Positions 52,450 through 61,390 of a DNA stretch of 64,000 bases are shown here, in pieces. The translations under genes and the position numbers were made by a program. The stretch is from Acidobacteriota bacterium (GTDB lineage: Bacteria > Acidobacteriota > Thermoanaerobaculia > Multivoradales > JAGPDF01). Where the stretch lies: contig JBDTNL010000009.1 in assembly GCA_039933785.1 (NCBI GenBank), positions 8,964-72,963 on the forward strand. Reading direction: 5' to 3'. The notes below the pieces were generated by a model. The model was given only the letters and a program-made list of their open reading frames with translations, did no database searches and had not been told where the DNA came from. Positions within the stretch are counted from its first letter, which is position 1, and every line of letters begins with the position of its first letter.

Positions 52450-52757
52450 GCGGGCTTCCTCCGGCGTCGTGAGGGCGCCTTAGCGGTTTCCGTTTCGCCC
52501 TCGACCAGCCGGTGGCTGGCGCTGGCGTCGAGGTCCAGCCGATAGATGCGCTTGAGATCGGCGATGCGCTTGCGGGAGTCCTCGCCGAACGGCGGCTTGC
52601 CTTCGAAGGCGTGCAGCACGATGCCCTCGAGCAGGTCTCCGAGGCTGAGGTCGTGGTATTCGGCGAGCGCCTTCAAGACCTTGAGCAACCGCTTCTCGAG
52701 ACGTACGCCGGTTTGCACGCGCTCGACGACCAGGGACTTCGGGTTCGTTGCTTTCAT
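52446..52757 (-). CDS. Small ribbon-helix-helix-like protein
   Basis: ERVQTGVRLEKRLLKVLKALAE..D.SLGDLLE has a strand-helix-helix pattern. Confidence 0.65.
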   Translation of the reverse strand: MKATNPKSLVVERVQTGVRLEKRLLKVLKALAEYHDLSLGDLLEGIVLHAFEGKPPFGEDSRKRIADLKRIYRLDLDASASHRLVEGETETAKAPSRRRRKPA

Positions 52758-52811
52758 GGTATTAATGTACCACGGTACCAAGAAATGCAAAAGGCTAGAA
52801 TCCGCGGCGCC

Positions 52812-53948
52812 ATGACCGAGCACGAGTCCTCCCCCGCGAAGCCCGCGGCGAAATCCGTGGCGTTGCCCCCGGCGTTCCTGGTCCGCGCAGTGCTCGGCCT
52901 GCGTGCCTTCTTCCTGCGGGTTGCCGACCGGGTCGTGCCAGCACAACTGGCGCTGGGCGACCAGATCATCGGGCTCGGCAGGACGCATGCGCTTCGCGCC
53001 GCGGTGCGATTCGGGATCGCCGATCGCCTGGCGTCGGGTCCGCAGACCGCCGCGGCCCTCGCCGCGGAGATCGGCGTCGACGCCGACACTCTGCACCGTT
53101 TGTTGCGTGCGCTCGCGGCCGCCCGCATCCTGCGCCTCGACCGCCAGGGCCGCTTTCACAACACCCGTCTCTCCGTGGCTCTGTGCCGCGGTGCAGCCAG
53201 ATCGATGGCCGATTTCGCGGAGTACTTCGGCTCAGCCTCGAATGCCGCCGCGTGGGTGGATTTCGAGGCCACGGTCAGAACCGGTGCTAACGCATTCGAG
53301 CGCGTGCACGGAATGAGCATCTGGGACTGGCTAGAAAGACATCCAGACGAACGCTCGACCTTCGCCGGTGCCATGGCCTCGCTGACCGAGCTCGAGGCTC
53401 CGATCCTGGCGAAGCTCTACCCGTTCGGCGAGCTCGAGTGTCTGTGCGACGTGGGCGGTGGTCGCGGTACGCTGCTGGCGGCGGTTCTCGGCCGCCACCC
53501 GAGGCTCCGAGCGGTTCTGTTCGAGAGCGCGGGAGTGCTCGAGGTCGCTCGCCCGTATCTGGCCGGCCACGGTGTCTTGGAACGAGTAGAGCTCTCGCCG
53601 GGCTGCTTTTTCGAAACCATACCCTCGGGCTGCGATGCCTACCTGCTCAAGAACATTCTCCACGACTGGGACGATGAGCGCTGCCGGTCGATTCTCGGCC
53701 GTTGTCGCGCCGCGATGAGCCCGCGCGCGGGCCCGCAACGGCTGTTGGTGATCGAGGAGTTGGTGGAGAGAAACGCCACCACCGGCACCGGGCCGTTTGC
53801 CGACCTGCAGATGATGACGGTGTGTTGCGAGGGGCGCGAACGTTCCCGCGAGGAGTATGCGGCGCTCTTCGAGAGCAGCGGATTCGCCTTGCGTCGCGTG
53901 TTCGGAATTGGCGCGGGCAGCAGTGTGATCGAGGGCGTGGCGAAATGA
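52812..53948 (+). CDS. SAM-dependent O-methyltransferase (Methyltransf_2 with dimerisation domain)
   Basis: DVGGGRG, G.FF, Y.LKNILHDWDD, G.ERS..EY..L. Confidence 0.9.
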   Translation: MTEHESSPAKPAAKSVALPPAFLVRAVLGLRAFFLRVADRVVPAQLALGDQIIGLGRTHALRAAVRFGIADRLASGPQTAAALAAEIGVDADTLHRLLRALAAARILRLDRQGRFHNTRLSVALCRGAARSMADFAEYFGSASNAAAWVDFEATVRTGANAFERVHGMSIWDWLERHPDERSTFAGAMASLTELEAPILAKLYPFGELECLCDVGGGRGTLLAAVLGRHPRLRAVLFESAGVLEVARPYLAGHGVLERVELSPGCFFETIPSGCDAYLLKNILHDWDDERCRSILGRCRAAMSPRAGPQRLLVIEELVERNATTGTGPFADLQMMTVCCEGRERSREEYAALFESSGFALRRVFGIGAGSSVIEGVAK

Positions 53949-56056
53949 GCGGCAGAAACCGGCGGGCAATCGTTCTCCTATCGGTTTCGGCGGTGACGGG
54001 CGCGGCGTTCGCCGCTTCCACACCGCCGCGCGGCGTGGTGCCGGCCGACGTGCTGACCTATCCCTCGATCGCCGGTCTCGCCGTCTCTCCGGACGGCACG
54101 CAGGTCGTCTATGTGGTGGAGAAGTCGAGCCCCAGTGGCGACGGATACGTGCACCAGATGTTTCTCCTCGCTACGGACGGCAAGAGCCCGGCGCGCTCGC
54201 TTTCGCGTGCCGACGCATTCGACGATGCGCCTGAGTTCTCTCCCAATGGCCGCTACCTGGCCTTTCTCGCCGATGACGGCCGGGGTACGCAGCTCCGGGT
54301 CTTGCGGCTGGGCTCCAAGACCTCGCGCGTGGTCACCCACTTCGAGAGCGGCGTCGGAGAGTTCGCCTGGGCGCCCGATTCGAGCCGATTCGCGGTGTCT
54401 GCCTTCGCCGGCGCAGCGATCCACAAGGCCCGAGAGCGTGGCTGGCGCGCCAGACATCGCCGTGAGGCGGGCAGCCGCAAGCCGGTGGAGCCTCGGGACT
54501 ACGACGAGAGCGCCCCGATTGTGGTCGACCGCAGCGTGCCCCGGCGGGACGGCGAGGGCTGGCTGGACCACCAGCACAGCCAGCTTTGGATCGTCGGCCG
54601 CGACGGCGGCATCCCCCGCGCTGTCACCGACGACGGCTTCGACAACGTCGAGCCGAGCTGGAGCCCGGACGGCACCTGGATCGCCTTCACCTCGAATCGC
54701 GAACCCGATCCCGACCTGAGCGACAACACCGACATCTTCCTGGTGCGGCCGGACAGTCGTGACCTGCGGCGGTTCGCAGGCGGACCGGGCCCCGATTCGG
54801 AGCCCACGTGGTCGCGTCATGGCGATCGTCTCGCCTGGTTGAGCTCGCCGCTACCGAACGACTACTACCTCAATGCTCGTCTGGTGGTGGCGGCGTTGGC
54901 TGGTGGGGACCCCGTGGACCTGACCACGGGAATGAGTGTTGGCCTCGCCGAGGATTGGGTTCAGGTCTCCTCCTCGCGGGCGCGGCCGATCTGGTCGGGC
55001 GATGACGCGACTCTCTATGCGCCCTTCGAAAGGCGTGGCACTTCCTACCTCGCCGCCCTCTCGAGTACCCACGCGGGAGAGCCGGTGCGCGAGATCTCGC
55101 AGGGCCCTTCGACGCTGGACTTCGTGCGCTACAACGCGGGCGAGCACGCGGGCTTCGTCTTCGCCCGCGGCGACGCCTCCCATCCGTCAGAAGTGTTTGC
55201 CTTGGCCGAACCGCGGGTCGAGTCCCTCGCCCAGCCGCGGCGGCTCACGTCCGTGCACGCGAAGTGGCTGGCTGGACGGGTGCTGTCGCAACCCTCGCGC
55301 CTGCTGGCGAAGTCGCGCGACGGCGAACCCGTGGAAAGTTGGCTCTATCCGCCCTTGGGTGTCGAGTCGGGCAAGCGCTATCCCCTGATCGTGTACTTGC
55401 ACGGCGGCCCCGAGGCCTTTGATGGCGAGTACTTCGACGAGGGCCTCGAGAATCAGATTTTTCCCGGTGCAGGCTTCGGCGTGCTGCGAGTCAACTATCG
55501 CGGCAGCACCTCATACGGCGAGGCGTTCTCCGCGGCGATTCGCGGCGACTGGCACCGCCGCGAGCACGACGACATCATGGCGGCGCTCGATGTGGCGCAG
55601 CTGCAGCCGTGGGTTGACAATGCACGGCTCGGAATCGGCGGCTGGTCCTACGGCGGCATTCAGACGGTCTGGGTGCTGGGCCACACCGATCGCTTCAAGG
55701 CGGCAGCGCCAGAACGATTCGAGGTCGACTATCTGAGCGCCTTCGGTGAAGACCACTGGCTTGCCCAGTACCTCGCCGAGCTCGGCGACCCGTCCGCGCA
55801 CGAGGATCTGTACCGGAGGCTCTCGCCGATCACGTACGTGCAGTCCATTCGGACGCCCCTGTTGTTGATCGCCGGCGAGGACGACCTCAACTGCCCGCTG
55901 CCGCAGGCGCTACAGCTTTACGCCAGGCTCAAGGCGCGCCAGGCGCCGGTGGAACTGGTGGTCTATCCCGGGGAGTCTCATACGTTCGCACGGCCGGACC
56001 ACCTTCGGAATCGATTGGAACGCCTGGTGCGCTGGTTCGATTCGCGGCTGCGCTGA
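53945..56056 (+). CDS. S9 family (prolyl oligopeptidase/acylaminoacyl) peptidase with PD40 propeller, exported
   Basis: SPDG repeats, HGGP, NYRGS..YG, GWSYGG nucleophile, catalytic Asp (GEDD) and His (YPGESH). Confidence 0.92.
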   Translation: MSGRNRRAIVLLSVSAVTGAAFAASTPPRGVVPADVLTYPSIAGLAVSPDGTQVVYVVEKSSPSGDGYVHQMFLLATDGKSPARSLSRADAFDDAPEFSPNGRYLAFLADDGRGTQLRVLRLGSKTSRVVTHFESGVGEFAWAPDSSRFAVSAFAGAAIHKARERGWRARHRREAGSRKPVEPRDYDESAPIVVDRSVPRRDGEGWLDHQHSQLWIVGRDGGIPRAVTDDGFDNVEPSWSPDGTWIAFTSNREPDPDLSDNTDIFLVRPDSRDLRRFAGGPGPDSEPTWSRHGDRLAWLSSPLPNDYYLNARLVVAALAGGDPVDLTTGMSVGLAEDWVQVSSSRARPIWSGDDATLYAPFERRGTSYLAALSSTHAGEPVREISQGPSTLDFVRYNAGEHAGFVFARGDASHPSEVFALAEPRVESLAQPRRLTSVHAKWLAGRVLSQPSRLLAKSRDGEPVESWLYPPLGVESGKRYPLIVYLHGGPEAFDGEYFDEGLENQIFPGAGFGVLRVNYRGSTSYGEAFSAAIRGDWHRREHDDIMAALDVAQLQPWVDNARLGIGGWSYGGIQTVWVLGHTDRFKAAAPERFEVDYLSAFGEDHWLAQYLAELGDPSAHEDLYRRLSPITYVQSIRTPLLLIAGEDDLNCPLPQALQLYARLKARQAPVELVVYPGESHTFARPDHLRNRLERLVRWFDSRLR

Positions 56057-56081
56057 AAGACGCGGCCCCGGGGCCGGCGGG

Positions 56082-58271
56082 CTACGCCCCCTTGGCGCCG
56101 CTCGCAAGCTGGCGCAGAACCTGGCTCTCCGGGAATTTCCGCCGCGCGAACGCCAGGATAGTCGCGGCCCCCCGATCGTCGCGCAGGATCCGATACGTGG
56201 TGATCGCCGCGGCGTAGGCGGCCGGCGTGGGAATGGTTTCGACCAGGTGTTGCAGTGTCTGCCCCGCTTCCGGCGCGCGCCCGGTGAGGGCATAGAGCAG
56301 CGCGAGGTTGGCATACGCGTGCACGTCGTCCGGGAATAGGCGGATCTCCTCTCGGAACGAGGCCTCGGCCGCGGCGCTGTCGCCGAGATCCGCCTGAACC
56401 TTGCCCCGGATCAGGTTGAGGCCCTGAATCAGATCCTGCTCCTTGGCCTCGCGCTTGCCGTACACCTCTTCGGCCTTGGTGATCTCAGCCAGAGCGCCCT
56501 CGTAGTCGTGACGGGCGTGGAGGACCTGAGCGAGGGTGATCATGGGCATGACGCGCAGGTTCTTCTCTTCGAGCGCCAGGCGCGCCTCACGCTCGGCCTC
56601 GCCGAGGTCGTTGCGCTGGAGGGCGATCTGGGCCAGCAGGCCATGGGCGAATGAGCTGTTGGTCGAGGCCGCGAGCCGGGCGTGGGCCGCTGCCTCATCG
56701 AGGCGGCCCATCTCGAAGAGCAGGGACGACACCTCGACGGCGACATGCGGAGCGCCGCCCGAACGGCGCAGAGCCTCCTGGTAGGCGGCGAGCGACTCTT
56801 CGAGCCGGCCGAGCTTGTGCGTGGCCTTGCCGAGGAACTCCCAGCCGTCGACCATCTGCGGGTTGTGCTCGACCACCCGCCGGAAGACCACCGCGGCGTC
56901 GGCATATCGGCGGTCATGGAGCGCCGTGAAGCCCACCGCGAGGTCGGAGAGTGTGGGGATCTGGCTCCGCGGATCGGGCAGCGGCCCGCCGGTCGACGGC
57001 CCGGAGCTCAGATAGCCGAGCGAGGCCATCGCCTTGCGGGTCTCGTCGTCGACCGCCGAGGGCGGCTTCAGGGTCCGGTCGTAGGCCTCGAGCTCCTGCC
57101 GCATCTCGGAATACATGCGGCGCTGGTCGGTGAGCACGTTGTGGGTCTCGCGCGGATCGGCGACCAGATCGTAGAGCTCCGGAGACGGACCGGCGATCAT
57201 CTGGTGGGTCGAATCCGTGAGCGAGGCGAGGTCGCTCCAGCCGAAGTGAAGGCGCGGATAGAAGGTCTCCGAGTAGATGCGCCGCGGCTTGGCCGCCGGG
57301 TCGGCGAGGGCGAGCAGCGAGCTGCCGCGCAGGGTCGGCTGCGGCGGCAGGCCGAGCAACCGGATCAGGGTGGGCACCACGTCGGTGAGCTCTGCCGGCG
57401 CGTCGACCGTGGTCCCGGCGAGACGTGAGCTCGGCAGCTTGAGCACCAGCGGCACGTGGATATCCTCGGTGTAGAGCAACACACCGTGCTCCTGTTCGCC
57501 GTGATCGCCCAGGCCCTCGCCGTGGTCGGCGAGCAGCACGACGAGCGCGCGATCGTAGACGCCGAGCGCGCGAAGCTCGGTCACCAGCTCGGCGACGATG
57601 CTATCGGCGGTCGCGATCTCGCCGTCATAGGGCAAGGCATAGCGCGAGCGATAGGGCTCCGGCGGCTCATAAGGCGAGTGCGGCTCGTAGAGGTGAAGGA
57701 AGAGAAAGAAGGGCTTGACGGCGGCACCTCGGAGCCACGGCAGCACGGCGTGGAGCGTCTCCTGTCCCGGCCGTTGCAAGCCGCCGAGGCCGGTGCCGGC
57801 GCGAAATTCGATGGTGTCCTCGTAGAGATCGAACGCGGTCGAGAGCCCGGTTTTGCCTTGGAGGACGAAAGCGGAGACCCCGGCGCCGGTCGCGTAGCCG
57901 GCGTCCTTCAGCATCTGGGGCAGGAAGGGCAACTCGTGCCGGGCGATCTTCGCCGGATCTAGGCCATAGCCCACGTTGTCGCGTACCCCGTGTGCCGCCG
58001 GTAGCAGGCCGGTGAGAATCGAGCTGTGCGACGGCAGCGTCAGCGGTGTATGCGAGTAGGCCTTGGTGTAGAGCACGCCGTCGCGCCGCAGAGCGTCGAT
58101 CGCCGGCGTGTCGACGCCCTTGTACCCAAAGACCGGCAAATGGTCCGCGCGCAGGGTGTCGATCGAGATCAGCACGACGGGGGTGCCAGCTGGCACGCGC
58201 TCGGTGGTCGGTGACCGCGCGCAGGCGGCGAGGAGCGCGTAAAGGAAGATGGAAGCGAGCCGGTGGCGCAT
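56082..58271 (-). CDS. Sulfatase-like (alkaline phosphatase superfamily) lipoprotein with C-terminal TPRs
   Basis: LAAC lipobox, SIDTLRADH, PLTLPSH.SILTG, HLYEPH.PY, ADHGE, SLGY, then TPRs. Confidence 0.88.
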   Translation of the reverse strand: MRHRLASIFLYALLAACARSPTTERVPAGTPVVLISIDTLRADHLPVFGYKGVDTPAIDALRRDGVLYTKAYSHTPLTLPSHSSILTGLLPAAHGVRDNVGYGLDPAKIARHELPFLPQMLKDAGYATGAGVSAFVLQGKTGLSTAFDLYEDTIEFRAGTGLGGLQRPGQETLHAVLPWLRGAAVKPFFLFLHLYEPHSPYEPPEPYRSRYALPYDGEIATADSIVAELVTELRALGVYDRALVVLLADHGEGLGDHGEQEHGVLLYTEDIHVPLVLKLPSSRLAGTTVDAPAELTDVVPTLIRLLGLPPQPTLRGSSLLALADPAAKPRRIYSETFYPRLHFGWSDLASLTDSTHQMIAGPSPELYDLVADPRETHNVLTDQRRMYSEMRQELEAYDRTLKPPSAVDDETRKAMASLGYLSSGPSTGGPLPDPRSQIPTLSDLAVGFTALHDRRYADAAVVFRRVVEHNPQMVDGWEFLGKATHKLGRLEESLAAYQEALRRSGGAPHVAVEVSSLLFEMGRLDEAAAHARLAASTNSSFAHGLLAQIALQRNDLGEAEREARLALEEKNLRVMPMITLAQVLHARHDYEGALAEITKAEEVYGKREAKEQDLIQGLNLIRGKVQADLGDSAAAEASFREEIRLFPDDVHAYANLALLYALTGRAPEAGQTLQHLVETIPTPAAYAAAITTYRILRDDRGAATILAFARRKFPESQVLRQLASGAKGA

Positions 58272-58295
58272 CGGAACTCGGAGTCTAACGCGCAG

Positions 58296-58326
58296 AAATG
58301 AAAAGGGCGCCCCGACGGGGCGCCCT
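58296..58326 (-). terminator. Rho-independent terminator after the TonB-dependent receptor gene
   Basis: AGGGCGCCCC/GGGGCGCCCT stem followed on the minus strand by TTTCATTT. Confidence 0.7.
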
Positions 58327-58352
58327 GGAACAGCGGCGAGGGTTGTTGAGCT

Positions 58353-61235
58353 CTAGCGGAAGTGGAGCGCCACACCCCAGCGGAAGACTCTCGGACTGAG
58401 CCGCTCGACGACTTCGTATGAAGTGGCGAGGTCATCCACGCTCGACGGCGCCTTCGGATTACGCTGTAACACCGGCTGGGAGTTCGCCAGGTTGAAGCCC
58501 TCGAGGCTAAAGGTCAATCCAAGCTCGCCTACCTTCACTTCCTTTTCGACGCGTGCGTCGACGGTGTACACGTTGTCGTAGCGGAAGTCGTTGAGCGACG
58601 GCGTCAGCTGAAGCCCACGAACGTTGGCTGCAGTCGTGGGCGCGAAGGGATAGCCCTCGCGGCCATTGATGCTGGCAGCGACGTTGAAGCCCCAACGTTT
58701 CTCGGGCGCGATCTGGTAGAGCCCGTTGACGTTGAACGACCAGCGGCTGTTGATCAGCACCAGCTTGTGCGTGCCGTAGCTGGTTTCGACGAAGATGTCG
58801 TTGTCGTCGCCGTAGTAGCCGGTGCCGATCGACACTTTGTTCGTCGGATCGTCTTCGGCCTTGAATTTCTTGCCGATCTTGAGCTTGTTGTCGCCATAGT
58901 TGAAATTGCCGCGCATGCTCCAGTGATTGGCGAGCGGCTTCTGGAACCCAATGTTGATGCCGGCGTAGTTGATCGAGCGATCGCCGTTGGCGAGCTCGTT
59001 GCCTCCCGTGGCCGTGACGTTATCTTTCAGGCCGTACTGCGGCACGGTCACGCTTTGCCCGTTGGGGAGAATCCTGGTCAGGGTCTTGGTCTGCTCGTAG
59101 TCGGAGGCGGTGACCGGCCGCGTCATGCCGTTCTCGTCAACCACCAAGGTGCGCTGTTCGAGCAGGTTGTTCGTGCGCCGGAAGGTCAGGTTCGCCGACA
59201 CATTGAAGTTGTTGGCGAACGCGTGCTGCGCCGAGAAGGTGAGCTCCTGCGTCTTGTAGGGATCGAAGCCCTTCTGCAGACGGTTCGCGGACTTCGTCGG
59301 GTCAGCCAAATTTACGTTGGCGATGTAGTAATACGACAGCGAACCCGCCTCGTTGGGGTCGAACTTGTGGTTGTGATTCGCGTCGGTGAAGTAGTAGTAA
59401 ACGTAGCTGTACGGCGCGGTCGGGCTGACGTAGTTCGCCACCCATTGGCCGAGCTGGGCCGCGTACTGCGAATACGTGCCGCGCAGCAGGGTGCGACGGT
59501 TCTGGCCGAGGGCATAGGTGACGCCGAGACGCGGCGTGATCGAGGCCCAGTCCAGGCCGTTGGCGTTGTCACCCTTGAAATCGATCACCGGCAACAAGCC
59601 ATTCGGCGCTTCCGGGTTGCCGGGGTCGTGCACGGGATTGTTCTTGGCCGTCTGCTTGTCCCACCGCACGCCGCCGGTGATCGTCCAGCGATCCGCGGTG
59701 AGCGTGTCCTGGGCCCAGGCCGCCTGGTATTTGCTCTTTACCGACACGTTGTGGCGGATCCACTCGACGACCGCGAGGTCGTCCCCCGCGTCGCAAAGAC
59801 CGAGTCCCTGGCAGGTCTCGACCAAGCGGCCGTTGGGTAGGGTCGAGATCGAGTCGTTCTCCTGCGTGCGATAGCTGCCGCCGAACTTGAGCTCGTGGTC
59901 CCAGCCGCCGGTGCGGAAGAACGACGTGCCGTCGAGCTTGGCCTGGTCGATGGCCGCGGTCTGGTCGAAGATGAAGAAGCTGCCCTGCCAGACCCCATTC
60001 TCGTCGAGGAACACGTCGGCGTTGTTGCCGCCCTTGGGATGCAGGGTGAAGGCGCCCGGGTCGTGCGAGTACAAGCCGTTGAGCATGAAGCTCGAGCCGA
60101 AGAGCTGTGTGTCCTCGATCTTCCACTTCTCGGACGGCGTCGTCTGATCCCAGGTGGTCTCGGGCGTGCGATCGAAGCCCGCGCCGCGGCCGTTCTTGAG
60201 CTTGTTGTTCTTCCAGTAGTGGACGGTGCCGGAGTTCGTGCCGAACTGGAAGTTCACCTTGGCGTTGTCGTCCTTGATCTTGGTGGCGTCGAGCTGGCCC
60301 GAGACACCGACGATGTTGCCGATGTCGTTCTCGCCGTACGAGCCCCAGATCCAGAGGTGATCGGCCATCAGCGGACCGCCGATGTTGCCGCCGTATTCCT
60401 TGATGTCGTCGATCTGGTTGCCGTTGACTTCCTTGGGCTGCGACTGCCAGCTGCCCTGGGTCTTCAGGTACCGGGCGTCACCGCGCCACTCGTTGGTGCC
60501 GCGCTTGGTGATCTGGTTGATGGTGACCCCGGCGGTCTGGATCGAGACGTCGGTCGATGCCGTGGTGACCTGCACTTCTTCGTAGGCGCCGAAATCGAAG
60601 TAGGTGGCCGAGCCGCCCACCGCCGCCATGTCGGTCAGGATCATGCCGTCGACCGAGAAGGTGTTGTCCGACGCCGTGGCGCCGCCGACCAGAAAGTTCG
60701 ACTGCTGGCCGCTCTCGTTGCCGCCCACGTTGACGCGGTCGACTTGGACGCCGGGAGCCTGGCTGAGCAGCGACCAGGGGTCGCGCGCCGTCGGCACCTG
60801 TTCGAGATCCTTGGCGCCGAGCGAGATGCCGTGATCGAGCTCGCGCGGGTTGAGGAGCGGCTTCTCGGCGGTCACCACGATGGTTTCCTTGAGATCGCTA
60901 CTGAGTGTGAGCTCGACTTGCGCCTTGCCGCCCAAGCGCACTCCGATGCCCTTCTGCTCGACCGCGGAGAAGCCCGAGAGCTCCGCCTTCAGAGAATATT
61001 GGCCGGGGTACAGGCCGTTGAAACGGAACGATCCGTTTTCATCGGACTGGCCAGCCTGGTCGCCGGAGGCGCCGCTCAAGGTCAAGGTGACGCCGGGCAG
61101 CGGTGTGCCCTTTTCGTCCATCACCTTGCCGTAGAGGTCGCCGGTCTGTTGCTGGGCGACCGAGACCCCTGACACCGCCAAGCAGAAGGCGGCAATCAGG
61201 ACGAACGCGGTTCGCAACTCTTTGAAAAAGCGCAT
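58353..61235 (-). CDS. Oar-like TonB-dependent receptor with N-terminal carboxypeptidase-regulatory-like domain
   Basis: Signal peptide, G.V.D..G.PLPG.T domain, plug (P.ARDP...L...PGV; IN.ITKRGTN), beta-barrel ending PR.FRWGVALHF. Confidence 0.9.
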   Translation of the reverse strand: MRFFKELRTAFVLIAAFCLAVSGVSVAQQQTGDLYGKVMDEKGTPLPGVTLTLSGASGDQAGQSDENGSFRFNGLYPGQYSLKAELSGFSAVEQKGIGVRLGGKAQVELTLSSDLKETIVVTAEKPLLNPRELDHGISLGAKDLEQVPTARDPWSLLSQAPGVQVDRVNVGGNESGQQSNFLVGGATASDNTFSVDGMILTDMAAVGGSATYFDFGAYEEVQVTTASTDVSIQTAGVTINQITKRGTNEWRGDARYLKTQGSWQSQPKEVNGNQIDDIKEYGGNIGGPLMADHLWIWGSYGENDIGNIVGVSGQLDATKIKDDNAKVNFQFGTNSGTVHYWKNNKLKNGRGAGFDRTPETTWDQTTPSEKWKIEDTQLFGSSFMLNGLYSHDPGAFTLHPKGGNNADVFLDENGVWQGSFFIFDQTAAIDQAKLDGTSFFRTGGWDHELKFGGSYRTQENDSISTLPNGRLVETCQGLGLCDAGDDLAVVEWIRHNVSVKSKYQAAWAQDTLTADRWTITGGVRWDKQTAKNNPVHDPGNPEAPNGLLPVIDFKGDNANGLDWASITPRLGVTYALGQNRRTLLRGTYSQYAAQLGQWVANYVSPTAPYSYVYYYFTDANHNHKFDPNEAGSLSYYYIANVNLADPTKSANRLQKGFDPYKTQELTFSAQHAFANNFNVSANLTFRRTNNLLEQRTLVVDENGMTRPVTASDYEQTKTLTRILPNGQSVTVPQYGLKDNVTATGGNELANGDRSINYAGINIGFQKPLANHWSMRGNFNYGDNKLKIGKKFKAEDDPTNKVSIGTGYYGDDNDIFVETSYGTHKLVLINSRWSFNVNGLYQIAPEKRWGFNVAASINGREGYPFAPTTAANVRGLQLTPSLNDFRYDNVYTVDARVEKEVKVGELGLTFSLEGFNLANSQPVLQRNPKAPSSVDDLATSYEVVERLSPRVFRWGVALHFR

Positions 61236-61390
61236 GGCCCGTTCCCCTTTTCTGAGTCCCCGGTCCAGGGCACGAAGGCCCAGAATCCGTGGATGAATGA
61301 ACATCTTGTATGGCCGGGATGATAGCAGAGCCGTACGAGACGGACGGGGGGTGGGACGACTGGAAGAGGACTCGTTCTAGACTGCCCGCG

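Noticed and set aside
56063-56076. Short palindrome CGGCCCCGGGGCCG between convergent genes
   Set aside because: Too short and GC-only to distinguish from chance; at most a weak terminator.
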